Origin: Amphiscolops sp. MND2022
Taxonomy: Eukaryota
Reading direction: 5' to 3'
Assembly: GCA_964187785.1 (NCBI GenBank)
Contig: OZ076409.1
Location: forward strand, 23,314,001-23,378,000
DNA: 64,000 nucleotides
Positions 1 through 11,989 of the stretch are shown piece by piece. Both the position numbers and the translations under genes were made by a program. Each line of letters starts with the position of its first letter. Position 1 is the first letter of the stretch. The notes beneath the pieces were generated by a model. The model saw only the letters and a list, made by a program, of their open reading frames with translations. It did no database searches and was not told where the DNA came from.

Positions 1-3000
1 CGATTTTTTTTTCGTAGTTTTCAGTCTGTTTTCCGCTGATACATTTGAAAGCTCAGATTTTTTTCGTAGTTTTCAGTCTGTGTTTCGCTGTTATATTTGA
101 AAGTTCAGATTTGTTTTCGTGGTTTTCACTCTGTTTTCCGCTCATATTTTCGAAAGTTCAAATTTTTTACGTAGTTTTCAGTCTGTTTTCCGCTGATATA
201 TTTGAAATATCAGATTTTTTCGTGGTTTTCATTCTGTTTTCCGCTGATACATTTGAAAGTTCAGTTTTTTTGTGATTTTCAGTCTGTTTTCCTCTGATAT
301 ATTTGAAAGTTCAGATTTTTTTCGTAGTTTTCAGTTTGTTTTCCGCTGATATAATTGAAAGTTCAGATTTTTTTTGTGGTTTTCGGTCTAATATATTTGA
401 AAATTCAGGTTTGTTTTCGTGGTTTTCAGTCTGTTTTCCGCTGAGATATTTGAAAGTTCAGATATTTTTTGTAGTTTTCAGTCTGTTTTTCGCTGATGAA
501 TTTGAAAGTTCAGATTTGTTTTGTGGTTTTGGGTCAAATATATTTGAAAGTTCAGGTTTGATTTCGTGGTTTTCATTCTGTTTTCCGCTGATATATTTGA
601 AAGTTCAGATTTTTTTCGTAGTTTTCATTCTGTTTTCCGCTGATATATTTGAAAGTTCAGATTTTTTTGTCGTTTTCGGTCTAATATATTTGAAACTTCA
701 GATTTGTTTTCGTGGTTTTCAGTCTGTTTTCCACTGATATATATGAAAGTTCAGATTTGATTTCGTGGTTTTCAATCTGTTTTCCGCTGATATATTTGAA
801 AGTTCAGATTTTTTTCGTAGTTTTCATTCTGTTTTCCGCTGATATATTTGAAAGTTCAGATTTTTTTTGTCGTTTTCGGTCTAATATATTTGAAACTTCA
901 GATTTGTTTTCGTGGTTTTCAGTCTGTTTTGCACTGATATATATGAAAGTTCAGTTTTTTTGTGATTTTCAGTCTGTTTTCCGCTGATATATTTGAAAGT
1001 TCAGATTTTTTGGTGGTTTTCGGTCTAATATATTCGAAAGTTCAGATTTGTTTTCGTGGTTTTCAGTCTGTTTTCCGCTGATATATTTGAAAGTTCAGAT
1101 TTTTTTCGTAGTTTTCAGTCTGTTTTCCGCTGATATATTTGAAAGTTCAGATTTTTTTCGTAATTTTCAGTCTGTTTTCCGCTGATATATTTGAAAGTTC
1201 AGATTTTTTTGTGGTTTTTGGTCTAATATATTTGAAAGTTCAGATTTGTTTTCGTGGTTTTCAGTCTGTTTTCCGCTGATATCTTTGAAAGTTCAGATTT
1301 TTTTTCGTAGTTTTTAGACTGTTTTCCGCTGATACATTTGAAAACTCAGATTTTTTTCGTAGTTTTCAGTCTGTGTTCCGCTGTTATATTTGAAAGTTCA
1401 GATTAGTTTTCGTTGTTTTCAGTCTGTTTTCCGCTTATATTTTTGAAAGTTCAGATTTTTTTCGTAGTTTTCAGTCTGTTTTCTGCTGATATATTTGAAA
1501 GTTCAGATTTTTTCGTGGTTTTCAGTCTGTTTTCCGCTGATATATTTGAAATTTCAGATTTATTTTGTGATTTTCAGTCTGTTTTCCTCTGATATATTTG
1601 AAAGTTCAGATTTTTTTTCGTAGTTTTTAGTCTGTTTTCCGCTGATATATTTGAAAGTTCAGATATTTTTGTAGTTTTCAGTCTGTTTTTGGCTGATGAG
1701 TTTGAAAGTTCAGATTTGTTTTGTGGTTTTCGGTAAAATATATTTGAAAGTTCAGATTTGATTTCGTGGTTTTCAATCTGTTTTCCGCTGATATATTTGA
1801 AAGTTCAGATTTTTTTCGTAGTTTTCATTCTGTTTTCCGCTGATATATTTGAAAGTTCAGATTTTTTTTGTCGTTTTCGGTCTAATATATTTGAAACTTC
1901 AGATTTGTTTTCGTGGTTTTCAGTCTGTTTTCCACTGATATATATGAAAGTTCAGTTTTTTTGTGATTTTCAGTCTGTTTTCCGCTGATATATTTGAAAG
2001 TTCAGATTTCTTTTCGTAGTTTTTAGTCTGTTTTCCGCTGATATATTTGAAAGTTCAGATTTTTTGGTGGTTTTCGGTCTAATATATTCGAAAGTTCAGA
2101 TTTGTTGTCGTGGTTTTCAGTCTGTTTTCCGCTGATATATTTGAAAGTTCAGATTTTTTTTCGTAGTTTTCAGTCTGTTTTCCGCTGATACATTTGAAAG
2201 CTCAGATTTTTTTCGTAGTTTTCAGTCTGTGTTCCGCTGTTATATTTGAAAGTTCAGATTAGTTTTCGTTGTTTTCAGTCTGTTTTCCGCTGATATTTTT
2301 GAAAGTTCAGATTTTTTTCGTAGTTTTCAGTCTGTTTTCCGCTGATATATTTGAAAGTTCAGATTTTTTTCGTAATTTTCAGTCTGTTTTCCGCTGATAT
2401 ATTTGAAAGTTCAGATTTTTTTTCGTAGTTTTCAGTCTGTTTTCCGCTGATACATTTGAAAGCTCAGATTTTTTTCGTAGTTTTCAGTCTGTGTTCCGCT
2501 GTTATATTTGAAAGTTCAGATTAGTTTTCGTTGTTTTCAGTCTGTTTTCCGCTGATATTTTTGAAAGTTCAGATTTTTTTCGTAGTTTTCAGTCTGTTTT
2601 CCGCTGATATATTTGAAAGTTCAGATTTTTTCGTGGTTTTCAGTCTGTTTTCCGCTGATATATTTGAAAGTTCAGATTTTTTTTGTGATTTTCAGTCTGT
2701 TTTCCTCTGATATATTTGAAAGTTCAGGTTTTTTTTCGTAGTTTTCAGTTTGTTTTCCGCTGATATATTTGATAGTTCAGATTTTTTTGTGATTTTCGGT
2801 CTAATATATTTGAACATTCAGATTTGTTTTCGTGGTTTTCAGTCAGTTTTCCGCTGATGAAATTGGAAGTTCAGATTTGTTTTGTGGTTTTCGGTCAAAT
2901 ATATTTGAAAATTCAGATTTGATTTCGTGGTTTTCAATCTGTTTTCCGCTGATATATTTGAAAGTTCAGATTTTTTTCGTAGTTTTCAGTCTGTTTTCCG

Positions 3001-3913
3001 CTGATATATTTGAAAGTTCAGATTTTTTGGTGGTTTTCGGTCTAATATATTCGAAAGTTCAGATTTGTTTTCGTGGTTTTCAGTCTGTTTTCCGCTGATA
3101 TATTTGAAAGTTCAGATTTTTTTTCGTAGTTTTCAGTCTGTTTTCCGCTGATATATTTGAAAGTTCAGATTTTTTCCGTAGTTTTCAGTCTGTTTTCCGC
3201 TGATATATTTGAAAGTTCAGATTTTTTTGTGGTTTTCGGTCTAATATATTTGAAAGTTCAGATTTGTTTTCGTGGTTTTCAGTCTGTTTTCCGCTGATAT
3301 CTTTGAAAGTTCAGATTTTTTTTCGTAGTTTTCAGTCTGTTTTCCGCTGATACATTTGAAAGCTCAGATTTTTTTCGTAGTTTTCAGTCTGTGTTCCGCT
3401 GTTATATTTGAAAGTTCAGATTTGTTTTCGTGGTTTTCAGTCTGTTTTCCGCTGATGTTTTTGAAAGTTCAGATTTTTTTCGTAGTTTTCAGTCTGTTTT
3501 CTGCTGATATATTTGAAAGTTCAGATTTTTTCGTGGTTTTCAGTCTGTTTTCCGCTGATATGTTTGAAAGTTCAGATTTTTTTTGTGATTTTCAGTCTGT
3601 TTTCCTCTGATATATTTGAAAGTTCAGATTTTTTTTTCGTAGTTTTCAGTTTGTTTTCCGCTGACATATTTGAAAGTTCAGATTTTTTTTGTGATTTTCG
3701 GTCTATTATATTTGAAAACTCAGATTTGTTTTCGTGGTTTTCAGTCTGTTTTCCGCTGATGAATTTGGAAGTTCAGGTTTGTTTTGTGGTTTTCGGTCAA
3801 ATATATTTGAAAATTCAGATTTGATTTCGTGGTTTTCAATCTGTTTTCCGCTGATATATTTGAAAGTTCAGATTTTTTTCGTAGTTTTCAGTCTGTTTTC
3901 CGCTGATATATTT

Positions 3914-4023
3914 CAAATATATATATTTCAGATATATATTTTCAGATATATATTTCAGATTATATTATTTCAGATATATATTTTCAGATATATATTTGAT
4001 ATATTTCAAATAACTTTCAAGTT
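3914..4023. other. ~110-bp low-complexity insertion into a monomer, made of (TTTCAGATATATA)-like iterations and inverted monomer fragments (copy 1)
   Basis: The normal GATATATTT|GAAAG junction is interrupted by CAAATATATATATTTCAGATATATATTTTCAGATATATATTTCAGATTATATTATTTCAGATATATATTTTCAGATATATATTTGATATATTTCAAATAACTTTCAAGTT. Confidence 0.95.
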
Positions 4024-6439
4024 GAAAGTTCAGATTTTTTTGTGGTTTTCGGTCTAATATATTTGAAACTTCAGATTTGTTTTCGTGGTTTTCAGTCTGT
4101 TTTCCGCTGATATATTTGAAAGTTCAGATTTTTTCGTAGTTTTCAGTCTGTTTTCCGCTGATATATTTGAAAGTTCGGATTTGTTTTCGTGGTTTTCAGT
4201 CTGTTTTCCGCTGATATTTTTGAAAAATCAGATTTCTTTCGTAGTTTTCAGTCTATTTTCCGCTGATATATTTGAAAGTTCAGATTTTTTTAGTAGTTTT
4301 CAGTCTGTTTTCCGCTGATATATTTGAAAGTTCAAATTTTTTTGTGATTTTCAGTCTGTGTTCCGCTGATATATTTGAAAGTTCAGATTTTTTTTCGTAG
4401 TTTTCAGTTTGTTTTCCGCTGATGAATTTGAAAGTTCAGATTTTTTTGGGGTTTTCGGTCTAATATATTTGAAAATTCAGATATGTTTTCGTGGTTTTCA
4501 GTCTGTTTTCCGCTGATATATTTGAAAGTTCAGATTTTTTTCGTAGTTTTCAGTCTGTTTTCCGCTGATGAATTTGAAAGTTCAGATTTGTTTTGTGGTT
4601 TTCGGTCTAATATATATGAAAGTTCAGATTTGTTTTCGTGGTTTTCAATCTGTTTCCGCTGATATATTTGACAGTTCAGATTTGTTTTCGTGGTTTTCAG
4701 TCTGTTTTCCGCTGATATATTTGAAAGTTCAGATTTTTTTCGTAGTTTTCAGTCTGTTTTCCGCTGATATATTTGAAAGTTCAGATTTGTTTTCGTAGTT
4801 TTCAGTCTGTTTTCCGCTGATATATTTGAAAGTTCGGATTTGTTTTCGTGGTTTTCAGTCTGTTTTCCGCTGATATTTTTGAAAAATCAGATTTCTTTCG
4901 TAGTTTTCAGTCTATTTTCCGCTGATATATTTGAAAGTTCAGATTTTTTTAGTAGTTTTCAGTCTGTTTTCCGCTGATATATTTGAAAGTTCAAATTTTT
5001 TTGTGATTTTCAGTCTGTGTTCCGCTGATATATTTGAAAGTTCAGATTTTTTTTCGTAGTTTTCAGTTTGTTTTCCGCTGATGAATTTGAAAGTTCAGAT
5101 TTTTTTGTGGTTTTCGGTCTAATATATTTGAAAATTCAGATATGTTTTCGTGGTTTTCAGTCTGTTTTCCGCTGATATATTTGAAAGTTCAGATTTTTTT
5201 CGTAGTTTTCAGTCTGTTTTCCGCTGATGAATTTGAAAGTTCAGATTTGTTTTGTGGTTTTCGGTCTAATATATATGAAAGTTCAGATTTGTTTTCGTGG
5301 TTTTCAATCTGTTTCCGCTGATATATTTGACAGTTCAGATTTGTTTTCGTGGTTTTCAGTCTGTTTTCCGCTGATATATTTGAAAGTTCAGATTTTTTTC
5401 GTAGTTTTCAGTCTGTTTTCCGCTGATATATTTGAAAGTTCAGATTTGTTTTCGTGGTTTTCAGTCTGTTTTCCGCTGATATTTTTGAAAAATCAGATTT
5501 CTTTCGTAGTTTTCAGTCTGTTTTCCGCTGATATATTTGAAAGTTCAGATTTTTTTTAGTAGTTTTCAGTCTGTTTTCCGCTGATATAATTGAAAGTTCA
5601 GATTTTTTTCGTAGTTTTCAGTCTGTTTTCCGCTGATATATTTGAAAGTTCAGATTTTTTTGTGGTTTTCGGTCTAATATATTTGAAACTTCAGATTTGT
5701 TTTCGTAGTTTTCAGTCTGTTTTCCGCTGATATATTTGAAAGTTCAGATTTGTTTTCGTGGTTTTCAGTCTGTTTTCCGCTGATATTTTTGAAAAATCAG
5801 ATTTCTTTCGTAGTTTTCAGTCTGTTTTCCGCTGATATATTTGAAAGTTCAGATTTTTTTCGTAGTTTTCAGTCTGTTTTCCGCTAATATATTTGAAAGT
5901 TCAGATTTTTTTGTGGTTTTCGGTCTAATATATTTGAAACTTCAGATTTGTTTTCGTGGTTTTCAGTCTGTTTTCCGCTGATATATTTGAAAGTTGAGAT
6001 TTTTTTCGTAGTTTTCAGTCTGTTTTCCGCTGATATATTTGAAAGTTCAGATTTGTTTTCGTGGTTTTCAGTCTGTTTTCCGCTGATATTTTTGAAAAAT
6101 CAGATTTCTTTCGTAGTTTTCAGTCTGTTTTCCGCTGATATATTTGAAAGTTCAGATTTTTTTAATAGTTTTCAGTTTGTTTTCCGCTGACATATTTGAA
6201 AGTTCAGATTTTTTTTGTGATTTTCGGTCTATTATATTTGAAAACTCAGATTTGTTTTCGTGGTTTTCAGTCTGTTTTCCGCTGATGAATTTGGAAGTTC
6301 AGGTTTGTTTTGTGGTTTTCGGTCAAATATATTTGAAAATTCAGATTTGATTTCGTGGTTTTCAATCTGTTTTCCGCTGATATATTTGAAAGTTCAGATT
6401 TTTTTCGTAGTTTTCAGTCTGTTTTCCGCTGATATATTT

Positions 6440-6549
6440 CAAATATATATATTTCAGATATATATTTTCAGATATATATTTCAGATTATATTATTTCAGA
6501 TATATATTTTCAGATATATATTTGATATATTTCAAATAACTTTCAAGTT
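6440..6549. other. ~110-bp low-complexity insertion (copy 2, identical to 3914-4023)
   Basis: Same sequence at offset 2526. ORF-track entries 3734..4057 and 6260..6583 translate identically. Confidence 0.95.
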
Positions 6550-8914
6550 GAAAGTTCAGATTTTTTTGTGGTTTTCGGTCTAATATATTTGAAACTTCAG
6601 ATTTGTTTTCGTGGTTTTCAGTCTGTTTTCCGCTGATATATTTGAAAGTTCAGATTTTTTTCGTAGTTTTCAGTCTGTTTTCCGCTGATATATTTGAAAG
6701 TTCGGATTTGTTTTCGTGGTTTTCAGTCTGTTTTCCGCTGATATTTTTGAAAAATCAGATTTCTTTCGTAGTTTTCAGTCTATTTTCCGCTGATATATTT
6801 GAAAGTTCAGATTTTTTTAGTAGTTTTCAGTCTGTTTTCCGCTGATATATTTGAAAGTTCAAATTTTTTTGTGATTTTCAGTCTGTGTTCCGCTGATATA
6901 TTTGAAAGTTCAGATTTTTTTTCGTAGTTTTCAGTTTGTTTTCCGCTGATGAATTTGAAAGTTCAGATTTTTTTGTGGTTTTCGGTCTAATATATTTGAA
7001 AATTCAGATATGTTTTCGTGGTTTTCAGTCTGTTTTCCGCTGATATATTTGAAAGTTCAGATTTTTTTCGTAGTTTTCAGTCTGTTTTCCGCTGATGAAT
7101 TTGAAAGTTCAGATTTGTTTTGTGGTTTTCGGTCTAATATATATGAAAGTTCAGATTTGTTTTCGTGGTTTTCAATCTGTTTCCGCTGATATATTTGACA
7201 GTTCAGATTTGTTTTCGTGGTTTTCAGTCTGTTTTCCGCTGATATATTTGAAAGTTCAGATTTTTTTCGTAGTTTTCAGTCTGTTTTCCGCTGATATATT
7301 TGAAAGTTCAGATTTGTTTTCGTGGTTTTCAGTCTGTTTTCCGCTGATATTTTTGAAAAATCAGATTTCTTTCGTAGTTTTCAGTCTGTTTTCCGCTGAT
7401 ATATTTGAAAGTTCAGATTTTTTTTAGTAGTTTTCAGTCTGTTTTCCGCTGATATAATTGAAAGTTCAGATTTTTTTCGTAGTTTTCAGTCTGTTTTCCG
7501 CTGATATATTTGAAAGTTCAGATTTTTTTGTGGTTTTCGGTCTAATATATTTGAAACTTCAGATTTGTTTTCGTAGTTTTCAGTCTGTTTTCCGCTGATA
7601 TATTTGAAAGTTCAGATTTGTTTTCGTGGTTTTCAGTCTGTTTTCCGCTGATATTTTTGAAAAATCAGATTTCTTTCGTAGTTTTTAGTCTGTTTTCCGC
7701 TGATATATTTGAAAGTTCAGATTTTTTTCGTAGTTTTCAGTCTGTTTTCCGCTAATATATTTGAAAGTTCAGATTTTTTTGTGGTTTTCGGTCTAATATA
7801 TTTGAAACTTCAGATTTGTTTTCGTGGTTTTCAGTCTGTTTTCCGCTGATATATTTGAAAGTTGAGATTTTTTTCGTAGTTTTCAGTCTGTTTTCCGCTG
7901 ATATATTTGAAAGTTCAGATTTGTTTTCGTGGTTTTCAGTCTGTTTTCCGCTGATATTTTTGAAAAATCAGATTTCTTTCGTAGTTTTCAGTCTGTTTTC
8001 CGCTGATATATTTGAAAGTTCAGATTTTTTTAATAGTTTTCAGTCTGTTTTCCGCTGATATATTTGAAAGTTCAAATTTTTTTGTGATTTTCAGTCTGTG
8101 TTCCGCTGATATATTTGAAAGTTCAGATTTTTTTTCGTAGTTTTCAGTTTGTTTTCCGCTGATGAATTTGAAAGTTCAGATTTTTTTGTGGTTTTCGGTC
8201 TAATATATTTGAAAATTCAGATATGTTTTCGTGGTTTTCAGTCTGTTTTCCGCTGATATATTTGAAAGTTCAGATTTTTTTCGTAGTTTTCAGTCTGTTT
8301 TCCGCTGATGAATTTGAAAGTTCAGATTTGTTTTGTGGTTTTCGGTCTAATATATTTGAAAGTTCAGATTTGTTTTTGTGGTTTTCAATCTGTTTCCGCT
8401 GATATATTTGACAGTTCAGATTTGTTTTCGTGGTTTTCAGTCTGTTTTCCGCTGATATATTTGAAAGTTCAGATTTTTTTCGTAGTTTTCAGTCTGTTTT
8501 CCGCTGATATATTCGAAAGTTCAGATTTGTTTTCGTGGTTTTCAGTCTGTTTTCCGCTGTTATTTTTGAAAAATCAGATTTCTTTCGTAGTTTTCAGTCT
8601 GTTTTCCGCTGATATATTTGAAAGTTCAGATTTTTTTTAGTAGTTTTCAGTCTGTTTTCCGCTGATATATTTGAAAGTTCAAATTTTTTTGTGATTTTCA
8701 GTCTGTGATCCGCTGATATATTTGAAAGTTCAGATTTTTTTTTCGTAGTTTTCAGTTTGTCTTCCGCTGATGAATTTGAAAGTTCAGATTTTTTTGTGGT
8801 TTTCGGTCTAATATTATTGAAAATTCAGATATGTTTTCGTGGTTTTCAGTCTGTTTTCCGCTGATATATTTGAAAGTTCAGATTTTTTTCGTAGTTTTCA
8901 GTCTGTTTTCCGCT

Positions 8915-9352
8915 GATGAATTTGAAAGTTCAGATTTGTTTTGTGGTTTTCGGTCTAATATATTTGAAAGTTCAGATTTGTTTTCGTGGTTTTCAATCTG
9001 TTTCCGCTGATATATTTGACAGTTCAGATTTTTTTCGTAGTTTTCAGTCTGTTTTCCGCTGATGAATTTGAAAGTTCAGATTTGTTTTGTGGTTTTCGGT
9101 CTAATATATTTGAAAGTTCAGATTTGTTTTCGTGGTTTTCAATCTGTTTCCGCTGATATATTTGACAGTTCAGATTTTTTTCGTAGTTTTCAGTCTGTTT
9201 TCCGCTGATGAATTTGAAAGTTCAGATTTGTTTTGTGGTTTTCGGTCTAATATATTTGAAAGTTCAGATTTGTTTTCGTGGTTTTCAATCTGTTTCCGCT
9301 GATATATTTGACAGTTCAGATTTGTTTTCGTGGTTTTCAGTCTGTTTTCCGC
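8915..9352 (+). repeat. 146-bp three-monomer higher-order repeat (42+52+52), about three tandem copies
   Basis: GATGAATTT marker at 8915, 9061 and 9207, each followed by an S monomer, a CAATCTGTTTCC monomer and a GACAGTTC monomer. Confidence 0.9.
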
Positions 9353-10364
9353 TGATATATTTGAAAGTTCAGATTTTTTTCGTAGTTTTCAGTCTGTTTT
9401 CCGCTGATATATTTGAAAGTTCAGATTTGTTTTCGTGGTTTTCAGTCTGTTTTCCGCTGATATTTTTGAAAAATCAGATTTCTTTCGTAGTTTTCAGTCT
9501 GTTTTCCGCTGATATATTTGAAAGTTTAGATTTTTTTAGTAGTTTTCAGTCTGTTTTCCGCTGATATATTTGAAAGTTCAAATTTTTTTGTGATTTTCAG
9601 TCTGTGTTCCGCTGATATATTTGAAAGTTCAGATTTTTTTTCGTAGTTTTCAGTTTGGTTTCCGCTGATGAATTTGAAAGTTCAGATTTTTTGTGGTTTT
9701 CGGTCTAATATATTTGAAAATTCAGATATGTTTTCGTGGTTTTCAGTCTGTTTTCCGCTGATATATTTGAAAGTTCAGATTTTTTTCGTAGTTTTCAGTC
9801 TGTTTTCCGCTGATGAATTTGAAAGTTCAGATTTGTTTTGTGGTTTTCGGTCTAATATATTTGAAAGTTCAGATTTGTTTTCGTGGTTTTCAATCTGTTT
9901 CCGCTGATATATTTGACAGTTCAGATTTTTTTCGTAGTTTTCAGTCTGTTTTCCGCTGATGAATTTGAAAGTTCAGATTTGTTTTCGTGGTTTTCAGTCT
10001 GTTTTCCGCTGATATTTTTGAAAAATCAGATTTCTTTCGTAGTTTTCAGTCTGTTTTCCGCTGATATATTTGAAAGTTCAGATTTTTTTAGTAGTTTTCA
10101 GTCTGTTTTCCGCTGATATATTTGAAAGTTCAAATTTTTTTGTGATTTTCAGTCTGTGTTCCGCTGATATATTTGAAAGTTCAGATTTTTTTTCGTAGTT
10201 TTCAGTTTGTTTTCCGCTGATGAATTTGAAAGTTCAGATTTTTTTGTGGTTTTCGGTCTAAAATATTTGAAAATTCAGATATGTTTTCGTGGTTTTCAGT
10301 CTGTTTTCCGCTGATATATTTGAAAGTTCAGATTTTTTTCGTAGTTTTCAGTCTGTTTTCCGCT

Positions 10365-10802
10365 GATGAATTTGAAAGTTCAGATTTGTTTTGTGGTTTT
10401 CGGTCTAATATATTTGAAAGTTCAGATTTGTTTTCGTGGTTTTCAATCTGTTTCCGCTGATATATTTGACAGTTCAGATTTTTTTCGTAGTTTTCAGTCT
10501 GTTTTCCGCTGATGAATTTGAAAGTTCAGGTTTGTTTTGTGGTTTTCGGTCTAATATATTTGAAAGTTCAGATTTGTTTTCGTGGTTTTCAATCTGTTTC
10601 CGCTGATATATTTGACAGTTCAGATTTTTTTCGTAGTTTTCAGTCTGTTTTCCGCTGATGAATTTGAAAGTTCAGATTTGTTTTGTGGTTTTCGGTCTAA
10701 TATATTTGAAAGTTCAGGTTTGTTTTCGTGGTTTTCAATCTGTTTCCGCTGATATATTTGACAGTTCAGATTTGTTTTCGTGGTTTTCAGTCTGTTTTCC
10801 GC
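10365..10802 (+). repeat. 146-bp three-monomer higher-order repeat, about three tandem copies
   Basis: GATGAATTT marker at 10365, 10511 and 10657 with the same monomer order. Confidence 0.9.
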
Positions 10803-11989
10803 TGATATATTTAAAAGTTCAGATTTTTTCGTAGTTTTCAGTCTGTTTTCCGCTGATATATTTGAAAATTCAGATTTGTTTTTGTGGTTTTCAGTCTGTT
10901 TTCCGCTGATATTTTTGAAAAATCAGATTTCTTTCGTAATTTTCAGTCTGTTTTCCGCTGATATATTTGAAAGTTCAGATTTTTTTTAGTAGTTTTCAGT
11001 CTGTTTTCCGCTGATATATTTAAAAGTTCAAATTTTTTTGTGATTTTCAGTCTGTGTTCCGCTGATATATTTGAAAGTTCAGATTTTTTTTCGTAGTTTT
11101 CAGTTTGTTTTCCGCTGATGAATTTGAAAGTTCAGATTTTTTTGTGGTTTTTGGTCTAATATATTTGAAAATTCAGATATGTTTTCGTGGTTTTCAGTCT
11201 GTTTTCCGCTGATATATTTGAAAGTTCAGATTTTTTTCGTAGTTTTCAGTCTGCTTTCCGCTGATGAATTTGAAAGTTCAGATTTGTTTTGTGGTTTTCG
11301 GTCTAATATATTTGAAAGTTCAGATTTGTTTTCGTGGTTTTCAATCTGTTTCCGCTGATATATTTGTCAGTTCAGATTTTTTTCGTAGTTTTCAGTCTGT
11401 TTTCCGCTGATGAATTTGAAAGTTAAGATTTGTTTTGTGGTTTTCGGTCTAATATATTTGAAAGTTCAGATTTGTTTTCGTGGTTTTCAATCTGTTTCCG
11501 CTGATATATTTGACAGTTCAGATTTTTTTTGTAGTTTTCAGTCTGTTTTCCTCTGATATATTTGACAGTTCAGATTTTTTTCGTAGTTTTCAGTCTGTTT
11601 TCCGCTGATATATTTGAAAGTTCAGATTTGTTTTCGTGGTTTTCAGTCTGTTTTCCGCTGATATTTTTGAAAAATCAGATTTCTTTCGTAGTTTTCAGTC
11701 TGTTTTCCGCTGATATATTTGAAAGTTCAGATTTTGTTTAGTAGTTTTCAGTCTGTTTTCCGCTGATATATTTGAAAGTTCAAATTTTTTTGTGATTTTC
11801 AGTCTGTGTTCCGCTGATATATTTGAAAGTTCAGATTTGTTTTCGTGGTTTTCAGTCTGTTTTCCGCTGATATTTTTGAAAAATCAGATTTCTTTCGTAG
11901 TTTTCAGTCTGTTTTCCGCTGATACATTTGAAAGTTCAGATTTTTTTAGTAGTTTTCAGTCTGTTTTCCGCTGATATATTTGAAAGTTC

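Larger units (their letters stand above)
3640..8035 (+). repeat. Tandem duplication of a ~1.87-kb block; the first copy carries an extra internal 659-bp duplication
   Basis: Shared rare variants GACATATT/GAAAACTCAG and the insertion at offset 2526. ORF pairs 4568/5227 (659), 5227/7095 and 5948/7816 (1868). 1868+659=2527. Confidence 0.85.

Noticed and set aside
3914..4023. Insertion as a MITE or other mobile element
   Set aside because: No convincing terminal inverted repeats or internal unique sequence; it derives from the flanking monomer, and the second copy arose by block duplication.
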